A stretch of DNA of 64,000 nt from the human T2T-CHM13v2.0 reference genome, Homo sapiens. This document shows, one piece after another, positions 1 through 13,995 of this stretch. The notes beneath the pieces are model-generated. The model saw only the letters and a list, made by a program, of their open reading frames with translations. It was not told the origin of the DNA and did not search any database. The stretch lies in NCBI RefSeq assembly GCF_009914755.1, contig NC_060947.1. The stretch is one strand, 5' to 3'. Each line of letters begins with the position of its first letter. The first letter of the stretch is position 1. The translations under genes and the position numbers were made by a program.

Positions 1-159
1 ACTTCTGAAACTTGCCCTGTCATGGCAGAGTATGTTCCCATGACCAGAAAGAAACTACTAGAAAGAGAGTTGCAGGTGTTTTTACCAGGTACTTGCCATC
101 AGGTGTGTGTCTAGGAAATACATAGAGGGTACCAACAGCTTCTTGTAAAGGAAGAAACT

Positions 160-265
160 TCTAGGGTCATCTAATCCAATGATATCTTTTTTCAGAAGAG
201 CAACTAGAGGCCCAGAATGGTGGTGTTGGTTGGGGAGGGGGAATTACCCAAGGTCACATGACCAA
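160..265 (-). mobile_element. MIR/MIR3 relic
   Basis: Degenerate MIR core motifs ttcagaagagcaactagaggccc...cccaaggtcaca. Confidence 0.45.
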
Positions 266-878
266 AGAAGAGCACTGATGGTGGCTTCCATTCAGTGTCT
301 CAGGCTACTATGTGTTAGGCACTGTACAAGTAGCTGGACACATGCTCCCAGTTCTTAAAACTCAACACAGTCAAAATGAAAGTCATCATCTTTCGGCCGA
401 TACCTATATTGCCTCCTTTCTGGTCCCCAGCCTATGACTGTCTCAGGGGCCACATCATAGTCATCGTCTTGAGGGACCACTTCTATCCTCATACCTAGCA
501 TACTCACCAGCATGCATGAGTGTACTACTTAAATTTTGAAGGAAAAAAAAGAAGGAAGAAAAGGAGAAAAGGAAGGAAAGGGGAAGAAAGGAAACAGAAG
601 ATATTTTTATACTCTTTAAGCAGTGGCTTAAAATGGAGGTCTAGAGTGGAAAAGATGTAAAGGCAGCAGTGCTGCACCCAGAAGAGATGAGGTCCCAGGG
701 CCCCTGCAGCCAGGAATGGGCATCCCCCACCCTCTATACTCTAAGTTCAGTGTGTTAACAATGTGAAGATTCCCCCATCTAAATAATGGGATATTATCTC
801 ACCAATGAAGGGTTATCACTTCCACTCTGCACAGGGAGGATCTCTTTTGCTTTCATGATTTAAAAAAAAACCACTTTT

Positions 879-1716
879 TGGGCAAAGGATATGAACAGAC
901 ACTTTTCAAAAGAAGACATTTATGCAGCCAATAGACACATGAAAAATGCTCATCATCACTGGTCATCAGATAAATGCAAATCAAAACCACAATGAGATAC
1001 CATCTCATACCAGTTAGAATGGCTATCATTAAAAAGTCAGGAAACAATAGGTGCTGGAGAGGATGTGGAGAAATAGGAACGCTTTTACACTGTTGAAGGG
1101 ACTGTAAACCAGTTCAACCATTGTGGAAGACAGTGTGGTGATTCCTCAAGGATCTAAAACTAGAAATACTATTTAACCCAGTGATCCCATTACTGGGTAT
1201 ATACCCAAAGGATTATGAATCATGCTACTATAAAGACATTTGCACACGTATGTTTATTGCAGCACTATTCACAATAGGAAAGACTTGGAACCAACCCAAA
1301 TGTCCATCAATGATAGACTGGATTAAGAAAATGTGGCACATATACACCATGGAATACTAGGCAGCTATAAAAAAGGACGAGTTCATGTCCTTTGTAGGGA
1401 CATGGATGAAGCTGGAAACCCTAATTCTGAGCAAACTGTCGCAAGGACAGTAAACCAAACAACGCATGTTTTCACTCATAGATGAGAATTGAACAAGGAG
1501 AATACTTAGACACAGGGTGGGGAACATCACACACCGGGGCCTGTCGTGGGGTGGGGGGATGGGGGGATGGGGGAGGGATAGCATTAGGAGAAATACCTAA
1601 CGTACATGACGAATTAATGGGTGCAGCAAACCAACATGGCACATGCATACATATGTAACAAACCTGTACATTGTGTACATGTACCCTAGAACTAAAAGTA
1701 TAATAATAATAATTTT
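879..1716 (+). mobile_element. 5'-truncated L1PA (approx. L1PA5-7), ORF2 end plus 3'UTR
   Basis: Starts tgggcaaaggatatgaacagac and ends gtaccctagaactaaaagtataataat; TSD aaaaa(a/g)ccactttt at about 865-878 and 1717-1730. Confidence 0.95.
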
Positions 1717-3424
1717 AAAAAGCCACTTTTATTCAAGGGGACTTTCTTTAGAGAAACGTTTGGACGATCATGGGCCCAATGAGGAAAAGAAAACAATTTT
1801 AACGACAGATTATGAAACATCTCTACTTGCCTTCTGAGCTAAGAAGTAAAGAGAATATAACAAATCAGCCTCATAGTGTTATCTGCATGGTGATACTATA
1901 GTATTAGTGTAGTATAATGTTACAAATGATAACTTTATTATTTAAGTTAAATTTTAAAAATTATAGTCCCATTATTTCAGAGTAGATATTTTCTAACTTT
2001 ATCAATGTGTGTACAATAAATGTTAATTATTAAAAGTTGCCAGAAATAACATCTTGATTAACTAACTCTATCAATAAACCAATTTCCCATAGTCCTTCTT
2101 ACCTTCAGATATGGAAAATTCCCTAAGGGTCACTTATCTGGGGGCAGAGCCCTTTAGCCTGCCTAACTTACCAAATCTATACTCCAGAAAATTTCTAGTG
2201 GTTCCAGCTGCCAAAAAGTTATCTCTAAATGAATTATTATGATTCTTTATAGCTTGTGGGTTTAGCCATATTTTTAGAGGGAAATTTCAAATTCCGAAGG
2301 AGATGACTTCATCTGGGCAAATATTTTACTGTAAAAGGTACGAGACTCAGCACTTGTTAAACTCTCATTCAAAACTGCGTCAGGAGACAAAATCTCCCCC
2401 AAGGAAGGGCAGAGGAGAAGATGTTGACAGGTCCATAATGAGCTGTAACCATGTATGTGCATCCCTAGAGAAATCATTTTCTGGGCTCATATTTTCCATT
2501 TTAATGTCACAAAAGAACAGAATGCGCCTCCAAATTATACCACCAGCCACTGCAACTAGTGTTAACTGCTGCCATGACTCATTAAAGGCCAGAAAATCCC
2601 CTTGAAAGTGAAATCATACGTCCTATAGGGTAGGTGAGGTATCTATGAGGATGATAGCTACCAAAACTAAACAAACAAACAAACAAAAAACTAATTTGAA
2701 CAAACTCTAGTGTTCACAATTGATTTCATTACATTGATTTTTTCATTTGCAGTTTCTTTTCCAAACTTGTGCTTTTCATTGCTCTTTCACACTGTGAGGG
2801 GAATTAAGTCCCTGGAAATAATATACCTTTATATTGGGATGCTGCCAAGACTGTAGGCACATAAATCTATGAGACACGTGTTGGCCACTAATTCTGCAAA
2901 TCTGGCTGGTTCAGCCAGGGTCCCTCCCCTTTCTTCCTGTCCTACATCAATGCAAGTGCCTCCCAACGAAGCATGACCAAAGAGGATGATGAATAATCTT
3001 TCATTAGAAGGAGACTGTGTCTCAAACTGTTTTTTAAAGGAAAAAGATAATAAATAAGTACTAGAAAGTCCAAACTTACAGCTACATCTGTAGCCAAAAC
3101 TATTTTAAAAACTGAAAGTAAATCTAGTCACTTGGCAAATACTGCTTCTAAATGCTTTAAATTATAATACAAGTATTCGAGAAAAAAAGTTAAATTATTC
3201 TAACTATATCTTTATTTTCAGACACTAATATAATGTTAGCTCTCTTTAAAACAGTGAGAATATATTATATTTTACATTTCTCTAATACTTCCATTTGTGG
3301 AAGTGAATATAGGAAAGAATAAATAAAATGTAGGTTTTGTGTTTCTCTCTTCAAATGGCTTTTCTGAGTAATACATAAAAAGCCAATCATGAAGCATTTT
3401 AAAAAGTGTCTTTCTTACTTCAAG

Positions 3425-3560
3425 TAGGGTCCATGGACTACGCCATCTGCAACTACTGGAAAATGTACACTCTTAGGTTCCCCAAGGGACCTAAGTGAAG
3501 CAGAGACTGCTTTTTAACAAAGTCCCCAGGGATTTGTGTGCAAGGTCAAGTGTGAACAGC
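3425..3560. mobile_element. MER5-like hAT-Charlie relic
   Basis: MER5-type motif ttttaacaagtccccagggattt...caagtgtgaacagc. Confidence 0.5.
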
Positions 3561-3589
3561 GATTAATAGCTCAATAAAAATTACCAGTG

Positions 3590-4420
3590 TTACAACTTAA
3601 TAATTGAAAATACAACCCAATTAAAAATGGGCAACAGATTTGAATAGATATTTTCCCAAAGAAGATGTACAAATGGCCAGTAAACACACAAAAAGATGGT
3701 CTACATCACTAGTTGTCAGGGACATGCAAATTAAAATCACAATGAAATATCACTTCATACCTACTAGGATGGCTATAAACAAAAACATAATAAGAAGTAT
3801 TGGTGAAAGTGTGGAGAAATTGGAACCTTCAAACATACACTGCTGGTGGGGATGTAAAATGGTGCAGCAGCTTTGGAAAACAGTCTGACAGTTCCTCAAA
3901 TGGAATATAACCTAACAATTCCACTTTTAGATACATACTTAAGAAAAATAAAAACATACATCCATACAAAAATGTGTACATGAATGTTCACTGCAGCATT
4001 ATTCCCTATAGCCGAAAGGTAGAAACAACTCAAATGTCCATCAATGAATAAATGGATAAACAAAGTGTGGTCTATCCATACCCTGGAAGATTATTCTGCC
4101 ATGCAAAGAAATGAAGTACCGGTACTTGTTACAACATGGATAAACCTTGAAAAATTAAGCTACATGAAAGAAGCCAGTCACAAAAGACTAAACATAGTAC
4201 AATTTAATTTGTGTGAAATGTCCGGAATAGGCAAATCTATAGAGACAGAAAGTAGATGAGTGGTTGCTTACAGCCAGCTAGATGGACGGGGGAAGGGGGA
4301 AATGAGAGTTATTGGGTATGAGGTTCCTTTGGGGGGTCATCAAAATGTTCTAAAATTGATTGTGGTGATGGGTGCACATATCTGTGACTATACTAAAAAC
4401 ACTGAACTGTTTTTAAAATA
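3590..4420 (+). mobile_element. L1MB-type 3' fragment
   Basis: ORF 3640-3888 (MNRYFPKEDVQMASKH...QQLWKTV) is L1 ORF2 C-terminal; L1M 3'UTR motifs follow. Confidence 0.9.
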
Positions 4421-4544
4421 AATGAACCCCACTCTCCCAAACTTTCATGTATGGCATACTGCCTAGCCGGAGATATGATGACTTACACCTTAGAACAACA
4501 AAAAAAAACTTCCAAATAACAAATGCTTTGTACTAAATGACACA

Positions 4545-4770
4545 TTACTTATTGAGCACTTCGTATGTGCAGGGTCCTATGTTGGTCATACACAGGGGTT
4601 TTCTCTTGTAATTCTCCCCACAGCCCTGAGAGGTAATTATTATTATTATCACATTTTTACAAATGAGGAAACTGGAGCACTAGAAACACACCCAAGGTCA
4701 ACTTGCTGATGACCAGTGGCAAAGCTCAGATTTGACCCAGGGAGTCTGAGAGCAGAAGCTGCACACAATC
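4545..4770 (-). mobile_element. MIR
   Basis: ttattgagcacttcgtatgtgc...catttttacaaatgaggaaactgg...cccaaggtca. Confidence 0.8.
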
Positions 4771-5224
4771 TCTCTGTCTTTGGAGTCCCCCTACAAGATA
4801 CTTTTGCTAACTGTGAACCGGTCAACACAGGGGCAACAGAAGAACCTCCTATAGAGCAATGAGAGGTGTAAATTACCCTTCCATTGCTATTTACTAGGGC
4901 TGGCCAATGTTTAATGATTTCCCCGACAGATTCTGATAATCAGCTTCAATTTCATTTCTTTGAATTTTTCAAAATGTAAAATATTGTGAGAAAAACAGCC
5001 AGCCCTTTTTTATTGGAAAAACATTAGTCAAACAAATCTGCCTATTTTCAGAAATTCCTTGAATGAGTAAAGGACTAGTCAAATTCTACAAGGGATATGT
5101 TTCCATGGGTCACATATAAGGAAAAAAAGCAAATCTTTCATGTGTGATCATAGGACTCTGACATCTGTAACAAAAACTCCTGGCAAATTGATCATTCTAA
5201 CTTGATTATTCAAAGTCATAGCTT

Positions 5225-5460
5225 GTAGTTAATAATGTATTGTATACTTGAAAATTGCTAAGAGAATAATCTTAAATATTAATATTAAATATAACTGTGA
5301 GGTAATAGACATGATAATTAGTTTGATTGTAATAATCATTTCAGAGTGTATACATGTGTCAAAACATCACATTGTATACAATATATACACATATGCAATA
5401 TTTATTTGTGAATTATACCTCAATAGAGCTATAAAAGTTTTAAATTTAAAAAAAGGAAAA
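5225..5460 (+). mobile_element. L1MA-type 3' end
   Basis: gtattgtatacttgaaaattgctaagaga...attatacctcaatagagct plus A tail. Confidence 0.8.
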
Positions 5461-5489
5461 AATTACATTGAAACAAAAAATAAATCATA

Positions 5490-5690
5490 GCTAGCACATA
5501 TGTAACACTATGCACCAAATACATTTTAAGTGCTTTATATTTAGTCACTAAATATTCACAATAGCTCAAAGTTACCTTAAATAGTCCCATTTTTAAAATA
5601 ATAAAACTGAGGAATTTAAGGTTTTCACAGCCAGTTAATGGCAGAGCTGTGAAGTGAAACCAGATAGTTCACACTCTCAACTGCTACACC
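5490..5690 (-). mobile_element. MIR relic
   Basis: cccatttttaaaataataaaactgagg...cacagccagttaatggcagagct. Confidence 0.55.
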
Positions 5691-6164
5691 TTACTAACTG
5701 CTCTCCAGGATGGTTGGTGGAAGAACAAGCTATAGCCTCTGTAACTAGAAATTACTGGGCAAACATTAATACAGCACATTGAAATCAAGTACATCCCACA
5801 GTTGTAGTAATTTCTGCAGGCTCAGAAAAGAGTTTTGACAGTAGGTGATGCTTGTTGTCACTTAGCAGAACTGGACCAGATTGTTTAAACACACAAAATA
5901 AGCCACAAGGGCTATTCGATATTAGACACTAGATATTTTATCAGGAAACATATGGCCTACACAGCCAAGAAGTCATCTCTCTGTTACGATCAAATCCTAT
6001 TGCTCATGTCAGCATGGAATGAAATTATTTTTAAAAAGGGAACAGCATAGCCAACTAGTCTATTTATATTCCTTGCTATAATTTCAAACAACTTCATGGT
6101 TCATTAGATATTTTGGTTCACTTAGCCAATAAGTGTTTTTTAATGGAGAATTATTACAAAGCTA

Positions 6165-6830
6165 AGCAAATAGAAAACTCCACAACAATAAATCATGATC
6201 AACCAGGCTTTATCCCAGGAATTCAAGGAGGTTCAACTTTAGGAAAACTATTAACAGAATTCTCTATGTATTTATATTAAAGATGGAGGAAAAAAAAACA
6301 TGATCATCTCAAGTAATGCTAAGATATATTTTACAAAATTTCACAGGCTTTCCAGCTTGAAAGAAAAATATAACTACCAATAAGTCAAGATGGAAAGAAA
6401 CTGATTTATCTTGCTTAAGTTAAAAAGTGGTCTCATTAAACTCAGGAGCAAGGCAAAGATGCCTAAAATTGACATTGTACCAGAAGTCTTCAGCAACATA
6501 TAAGAAAAGATTTCTTTAAAGCCTTAAATACGGAAAAGGACTATGCCAAAGTGTTATTATAAACAAATAAATGACTTTCTGTCTACAAATCCAACTTGTC
6601 AATTTAAAGTTTACTGGAACTAATATGAAAGCAATAATGTCACTAGATACAAGACAAACTTACAAGTTAATCGATTTCCTATAAGTCATAAATAACCAAA
6701 TTGAGAACATATAGGAAAAATATATTTCGCCCAGATAAGCAAACACAACCAAGAAACAAACGAAAAGTAAATCTGTAAACTACTAAGAAATGTGCCAGAT
6801 CTATATAAGAAAGTTACAGAAGTGAAAAAC
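6165..6830 (+). mobile_element. Ancient L1 ORF2 (RT region) fragment
   Basis: catgatcaaccaggctttatcccaggaattcaagg and atgatcatctcaagtaatgc resemble L1 RT segments. Confidence 0.65.
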
Positions 6831-7351
6831 TGTTAGTTGTGAGGATTACTGTGATCAGTAATTATCATCAAATGAAAACTAATGTCAGCCACTAAAAGTC
6901 TATGGGGGAGAGATGCTGAATTATTCTGTTTGATTACTCAGATCTAATTTGCCAAGTATGTGATATTTTACTGATGTGGCCAGCTTCAGAGCCCAAAGCA
7001 TACCTAATCCCTTGGGTATTCATCCTCATGCTCTCAAGTGTTTATCAACCCCTTTGAGAGTAGAAGGCCCCAGTGATATCTTCCTGAACAGCATTCTGTG
7101 ATACCCCACACAGTACCTTGAACAGGAGGGTCTGCCCACAGGCAGTCGTGTGTTGGAGTATTATGAATTGCCGTACTGTTTCAAAGAATATAAACAACCT
7201 CATTTACTGAGCAAAAGCCCACCTAAGTCTCTTATCTATTCAGATAATTTTGCTGTCAGAACGTCTGGCAGTGCTGATCATTTGAGTCTGTGCAGCTCTA
7301 AAGTGTTATGACTATAATAACTACAGATGTGTAACATGAAACTCAACAAAT

Positions 7352-9858
7352 ATTTTATTCTTTAACTTTTAAGTTAAGGTTACATGTGCAAGTTCATTAT
7401 ATAGGGAAATCAGTGTCATGGAGGCTTGTTGTACAAGCCCCACCCTCCACCCTCCACCCTCAGAAAGGCCTCAGTGCCTGTTGTTCCCCTCTATGTGTCC
7501 ATGTGTTCTCATCATTTAGCTTCCACTTGTAACTGAGAACATACAGTATTTGGTTTTCTGCTCTTGCATTAGTTTGCTAAGGATAATGGCCTCCAGCTCC
7601 ATCCACGTTCCTGCAAAGGACATAATCTCCCTCTCTTTTATGGCCACATAGTATTCCATAGTGTATATGTACCACATTTTCTTTATCCAGTCTATCATTT
7701 ATGGTCATTTAGGTTGACTCCACATCTTTGCTATTGTGAATAGTGCTGCAATGAACATATGTGTGTGTGTGTCTTTATAATAAAACAATCTGTATTCCTT
7801 TGGGTATATAGCCAGTACTGGGATTGCTACATCAAATGGTAGTTCTGTTTTTATGTCTTTGAGGAAGTGCCATGTTTTCTGCAGTAGTTGAACTAATGTA
7901 CATTCTCACCAGCAGTGTATAAGTGTTTCTTTTTCTCCACAACCTCGACAGTGCTTGTTATTTTTTGACTTTTTAGTAATAGCCATTCTGACTGGTGTGA
8001 GATAGTATCTAATTGTGGTTTTGATTTGCATTTCTCTAAAGATCAGTGATGTTGAGCTTTTTCTTCATATGCTTGTTGGCCACATGTATGTGTTCTTTTG
8101 AAAGGTTTCTGTTCATGTCCTTTGCCCACTTTTTAATGGTGTTTTGTTTTTTCTTGGAAATTTAAGTTCCTTATAGATGTTGGATATTAGACCTTTGTCA
8201 AATGCATAGTTTGCAAATATTTTCTCCCATTGTATTAGTCCATTCTCACATTTCTATAAAGAAATACCTGAGACTGGGTAGTTTATAAAGAAAACAGGCT
8301 TAGTTGGCTCACATTTCCACAGGCTGTACAGGAAGCATAGCTGAGGAGGCCTCAGGGAACCTATAATCATGGCAGAAGGCGAAGGGTGAAGCCTTCTGCC
8401 TATATTGTCAGAGCCTATATGTCCAGAGCAACAGGAAGTGGGAATAAGGTACTACACACTTTTATACAACCAGATTGTGTGAGAACTCACTATTATGATG
8501 ACAGCTCCAAGGGAGGTCGTGGTAAACCATGAGAAACCGCCCCCATGATCCAATCACCTCCCACCAGGCACCACCTCCAACATTGGGGATTAAAATTCAA
8601 CATGAGATTTGGGCAGGGTCACAGATCCAAACCATGTCACTCATTCTGTAGGTTGTCTGTTTACTCTGTTGATAGTTTCTTTTGCTGTGCAGAAGCTCAT
8701 TAGTTTGTCAATTTTTGCTTTTGTTGTGATTGCTTTTGGTGTCTTTGTCATGAAATATTTGCCCATTCCTATTTCCAGAATGGTATTGCCTAGGTTGTCT
8801 TCCAGGACTTTTATAGTTTTAAGTTTTACATTTGGGTCTTTCATTCATCTTGAGTTGATTTTTGTATATGGTGATAGGAAGAGGTACAGTTTCAATCTCT
8901 GCATATGGCTAGCCAGTTATCCTAGCACCATTTATTGAATAGGGAGTCCTTTCCCCATTGCTTGTTTTTGTCAGGTTTGTCAAAGATCAGATGATTGTAG
9001 GTGTGCAGTCTTATTTCTTGGCTCTCTATTCTGTCCCATTGGTCTGTGTGTCTGTTTTTGTACCAGTACCATGCTGTTTTGGTTACTGTAGCCCCATAGT
9101 ATAGTTTGAAGTTGGGTAATGTGATGCCTCCAGTTTTGTTCTTTTTGCTTAGGATTTTCTTGGCTATTCAGGCTTTTTTTCAGCTCCATATGAATGTTAA
9201 AACAGTTTTTTTCTGGTCTGTGAAGAATGCCATTGGTAGTTTGATAGGAATAGCACTGACTCTATAAATTGCTTGGGTAATATGGCCATTTTCACGATAT
9301 TGATTCTTCATATCCATGAGCATAGAATGTTTTTACATTTGTTTGTATCATCTCTGATTTCTTGGATCACTGGTTTATAGTTCTCCTTGCAGAGATCTTT
9401 CACCTCCTTAGTTAGTTGTATTTCTAGGTAATTTTAATCTTTTTGTGGCAATTGTGAATGGGAGTTCGTTACTGATTTGGCTCTTGACTTGACGGTTGTT
9501 GGTGTATAGGAATGCTAGTGATTTTTATACGTTGATTTTGTATCTTGAGACTTTGCTGACATTGTTTATCATATTAAGGAGCTTTGAGGCTGGGACTATG
9601 GGGTTTTCTAGATATAGGATCATGCTGTCTACAAACAGGGATAGTTGGACTTCCTCTCTCTCTGTTTGGATCCCCTTTATTTCTTTCTCTTGCCTGATTG
9701 CTCTGGCCAGGACTTGCAATACTATGTTGAATAGGAGTGGTGAGAGAGGGCGTCCTTGTCTTGTGCTGGTTTTCAAGAGGAATGCTTTCAACTTTTGCCC
9801 ATTTAGTATGAAGTTGGCTGTGTGTTTGTCATAGGTGGCTGTTATTATTTTGAGGTAT
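7352..9858 (-). mobile_element. Older L1PA/L1PB, about 2.1 kb, interrupted by an MST LTR
   Basis: Minus-strand ORFs 7516-7698, 8641-8844 and 9525-9791 ([16 protein letters not shown]...[13 protein letters not shown]) are L1 ORF2/RT. Confidence 0.93.
8231..8639 (-). mobile_element. MSTA/MSTB solo LTR (MaLR)
   Basis: tgtattagtcc...aaaccatgtca termini; 5-bp TSD cccat/ctcat splits L1 motif tttctcccat|tctgtagg. Confidence 0.9.
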
Positions 9859-10849
9859 CTATATAATTTTTAAAGCAATGTGTTTGGTAATACATATGAG
9901 GAATACATTGCATGCCAAGGAAGGAAAAGATTCTTTCTAGATAAGAATTTGGGAGATCATCACAGGCATAGAGAGCAATCTGAAAGAAGACCCTAAGTCA
10001 AGATTGGTTAAAGAGTTCCAAGAACTACAGCCAGCAAGGAAGACTAGCGAGACTGGTATAGAAGGATGGAAGATGGTAATGCAGTTAGTTATAAGGGTAA
10101 CTGGTATAGTTCTGAGCCATTGGTTCCCAATAATTTAAAACAGGAAAAGAATCTGAGATGTTTTCTCTCTTCACGAAAAGATTGAGCTGTGCTGCTCCCA
10201 TTGGGTCATCCCTGGGAAGAAGTTTGCTAAGAATAACCACTGCAGGTCACATATGCTGTTCAGGGGCTGGAAAAGTGAGCCTTTCAGCAGAAATGGATTT
10301 CCTGAAAGGAATTAACTCCTTAATGTGCTGCAAGATGGAGAACACTGTAAAAATCTATGGGCCATAGGATTCTTCACCTTCACATAAAGAAAGCAAAGGG
10401 AGAAGAGTTAATCTTATGACAGAATAAATTCTTAGAGTATGATGGTTTCAGTGGCATGATCTTTTCTATATATTTAACCCCTCTGCGTTCTCCATGAACA
10501 CAGTGATATGTGTTTATTTTAATAAGAATTAAAATTTTCTGCTGTTAAAAAGAGAAATATGCTTTTTACAGATGTGTTTGCCATTTATGGAACTGCCCTT
10601 GAGATGTTCAGAATTTGAGGCAGACACATCCATTACTCAGGTCCCAATCTCCTGGCTTCCATCTCTGTCATTAGACATTCTTAAAGGAATCTGAGAGGGC
10701 TTCATTTCAGGGCTGATGCAACATTTTGAAAAGTAATACAGGTTTATCTTATTGACTTAGGCAACTTTTTTAAGCTCTCTGGACCACCACTTTCTGGTCT
10801 ACAAATGTAGATAATCACCCTCCATGATTGCTGTCAGTTTAGGAGGGTG

Positions 10850-11470
10850 TGGCAGCTTTGCAAAATGGTTTGCCAATTCCTCCAAAGCTTAGAAACATAA
10901 TATTACTGCATGACACAGCAATTCCATTCCTAGGTATATACCCAAGATAACTGAAAACATCTGCCTACCCAAAAACTTATACATAAATGTTCATAGCAGC
11001 ATTATTCACACTATCCAAAAGGTAGAAACAACCCAACTATCCATCACCTGAAAAATGAATAAACAAAATGTGATCTATCCATACAATAAATTATTCAGCA
11101 ACAAAAGGAAATTAAGTACTGATACATGCTACAACGTGAATGAATCTTGAAAACACCATTTTAAATGAAAGAAGTCAGTCACAAAAGACCACATATTGTA
11201 TGACTGCACTTCTATAAAATGTCCAGAACAGATCAATCCATAGAGACAAAAAGTAGATTTTTGGTTTCTTAGGGCTGAGGAGGAGAACGGAATGAGGGGT
11301 GGCTGCTAAAGGACACAGGATTTCCTTTTGAGATGATGAAAATATTCTAAAATTAGATAATGATGATAGTTGGACAACCTCGTGAATATACTCAAATCCC
11401 CTGAATTGCATGCTTTAAAAGGGTGAATTTTGTGCTATGTGGATTATATCTTCAAAAACGGTGTTGTTAA
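10850..11470 (+). mobile_element. L1MB-type 3' fragment
   Basis: cagcaattccattcctaggtatatacccaag...ggattatatcttcaaaaac. Confidence 0.88.
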
Positions 11471-11552
11471 AAAGTAATCCTGTATTCTATTGTTTGTCTG
11501 TAATTCTATTGTCAGTATCTGTATGTGGGATAACAATATACATTTGACTGCT
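11462..11552. repeat. Left arm of a 91-bp perfect inverted repeat (partner 13786-13876)
   Basis: Exact reverse complement of 13786-13876 by manual alignment. Confidence 0.95.
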
Positions 11553-11563
11553 GCATTGGAATT

Positions 11564-11857
11564 TTTTTTTTTTTTTTGAGACGAGTCTTGCTCTGTCACC
11601 CGGGCTGGAGTGCAGTAGTGCAGTCTTGGCTCACTGCAACCTCTGCCTTCTGGGTTCAAGTGGTTCTCCTGCCTCAGCTTCCTGAGTAGCTGGTACTACA
11701 GGCGCATGCCACCACGCCCGGCTAATTTTTGTATTTTTAGTGGAGACGGGGTTTCACCATCTTGGCCAGGCTGGTCTCTAACTCCTGACCTCAAGTAATC
11801 CTCCCGCCTCGGCCTCCCAAAGTGCTAGGATTACAGGCACGAGCCACCGCACCAGCC
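11564..11857 (-). mobile_element. AluS (Sx-like), full length
   Basis: Poly-T followed by gagacgagtcttgctc...; TSD tgca(t/c)tggaattt on both sides. Confidence 0.95.
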
Positions 11858-13020
11858 TGCACTGGAATTTATACTGGCTTGTTCTAGTACACTTTTAAAT
11901 AATGAAGAACTTTTATAAATCAAATATAACCTTTTTTTTGCAGTTTCTCATACATGGATATCAAGCAGAAGACTGCATGGAAAGACACATACTATGCTTA
12001 TGGAAGTTTGTAAGTAGATTAAACTATAAAAAGCCTGAGAAAATATACTTACTTGGAGAGCTTGCCTCTGAGAAGGATTTCGGCAAGCTCTTCTTGTTTT
12101 CTATAAAAACAGGGTACTTTTCTGAGTGAAGGAAAAAAGGTGTTTAGTTACTATCTGCTGAAATGCTGAGTCCAAACAAAATTATCTAATAGGGAGCCTG
12201 ATAGGCTGGTTTGGAGGGGAAAGGCTGATACAGGAGAGTGACAAAATCCAGACCAGCCCACTCATGTGGTGATGTCTCATTACGAGCCTTGCAGAAGAAA
12301 ATTTACCTCATTGCAAAAACTTCTACCCACACTTCCCCAGTCCCCCTTCATCTGTGTGAACTGTTACTTTATCGCTAGCTTATGAGAACCCTGAAGCTCA
12401 GCGATGAGACAAACTCACTCATGCTCCCATTGGAATTTACAAGGTAATTATACAGCCTTTGATGGGAAAGAAACAGTTAAGACTAATGAGGCATGCCTTT
12501 AAGTACCAGCCCTATAGATGAAGACACAGAGAACTTGAGACAGAAGTGATTATGAGAAGGGCAGGGTGAAGAGAGGGAGAATAAGGGAAAACACAACTTA
12601 TACTGGCTCTCTGTGTTCTGAGATTTCTTATGGTCCTGAATCGGAATCTGATATCTTAAAAATACACAGCAATGGCGTGTATATGGAGATTTTTAAAAAT
12701 CTACTCAGATTTGAGAAAGATTTAGATCATAACTCTACAAAGGTAGAGTGTCCCAGAGGTTAATTACTATATTATAATTCTTTGTATCTCCCTTTTTTAT
12801 CTAAATTATTTCTCACCAATCTTGATTTCCAAAGCTCTGTTTTATCATCTCCAATAATACATATGCAGTTGTCAAATCATGCCTTGAAATTTGGTTTCAA
12901 AAATATAACCATGTATTTCCAGTATCAAACACAATGCCTGGCATAATACTTTTAAAAATTGTTGAATTATTAAACAAAAAAAAAATGAATGAATACAAAT
13001 AACTTAAAGAAAATGGAATC

Positions 13021-13876
<856 letters not shown>

Positions 13877-13879
13877 GCC

Positions 13880-13995
13880 TTAAATTTAAAATATGTTTTA
13901 AAACTTTTATTAATTTTAATTATTTAATTAAATAATTATTTAATTATATAATTATTAATTTAAAGCCTCTATTATTAATCAATAATTATTAATAT
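13880..13995. repeat. AT-rich low-complexity tract
   Basis: Almost exclusively A/T with TAAT/AATT units. Confidence 0.85.

Noticed and set aside
9496-9834. ORFs with reverse-transcriptase motif
   Set aside because: Decayed L1 ORF2 with the catalytic FADD mutated to FVDS; not a novel RT system
12428-12438. Third copy of cattggaattt matching the left Alu TSD
   Set aside because: Only 11 bp of AT-rich sequence with no extension; likely chance
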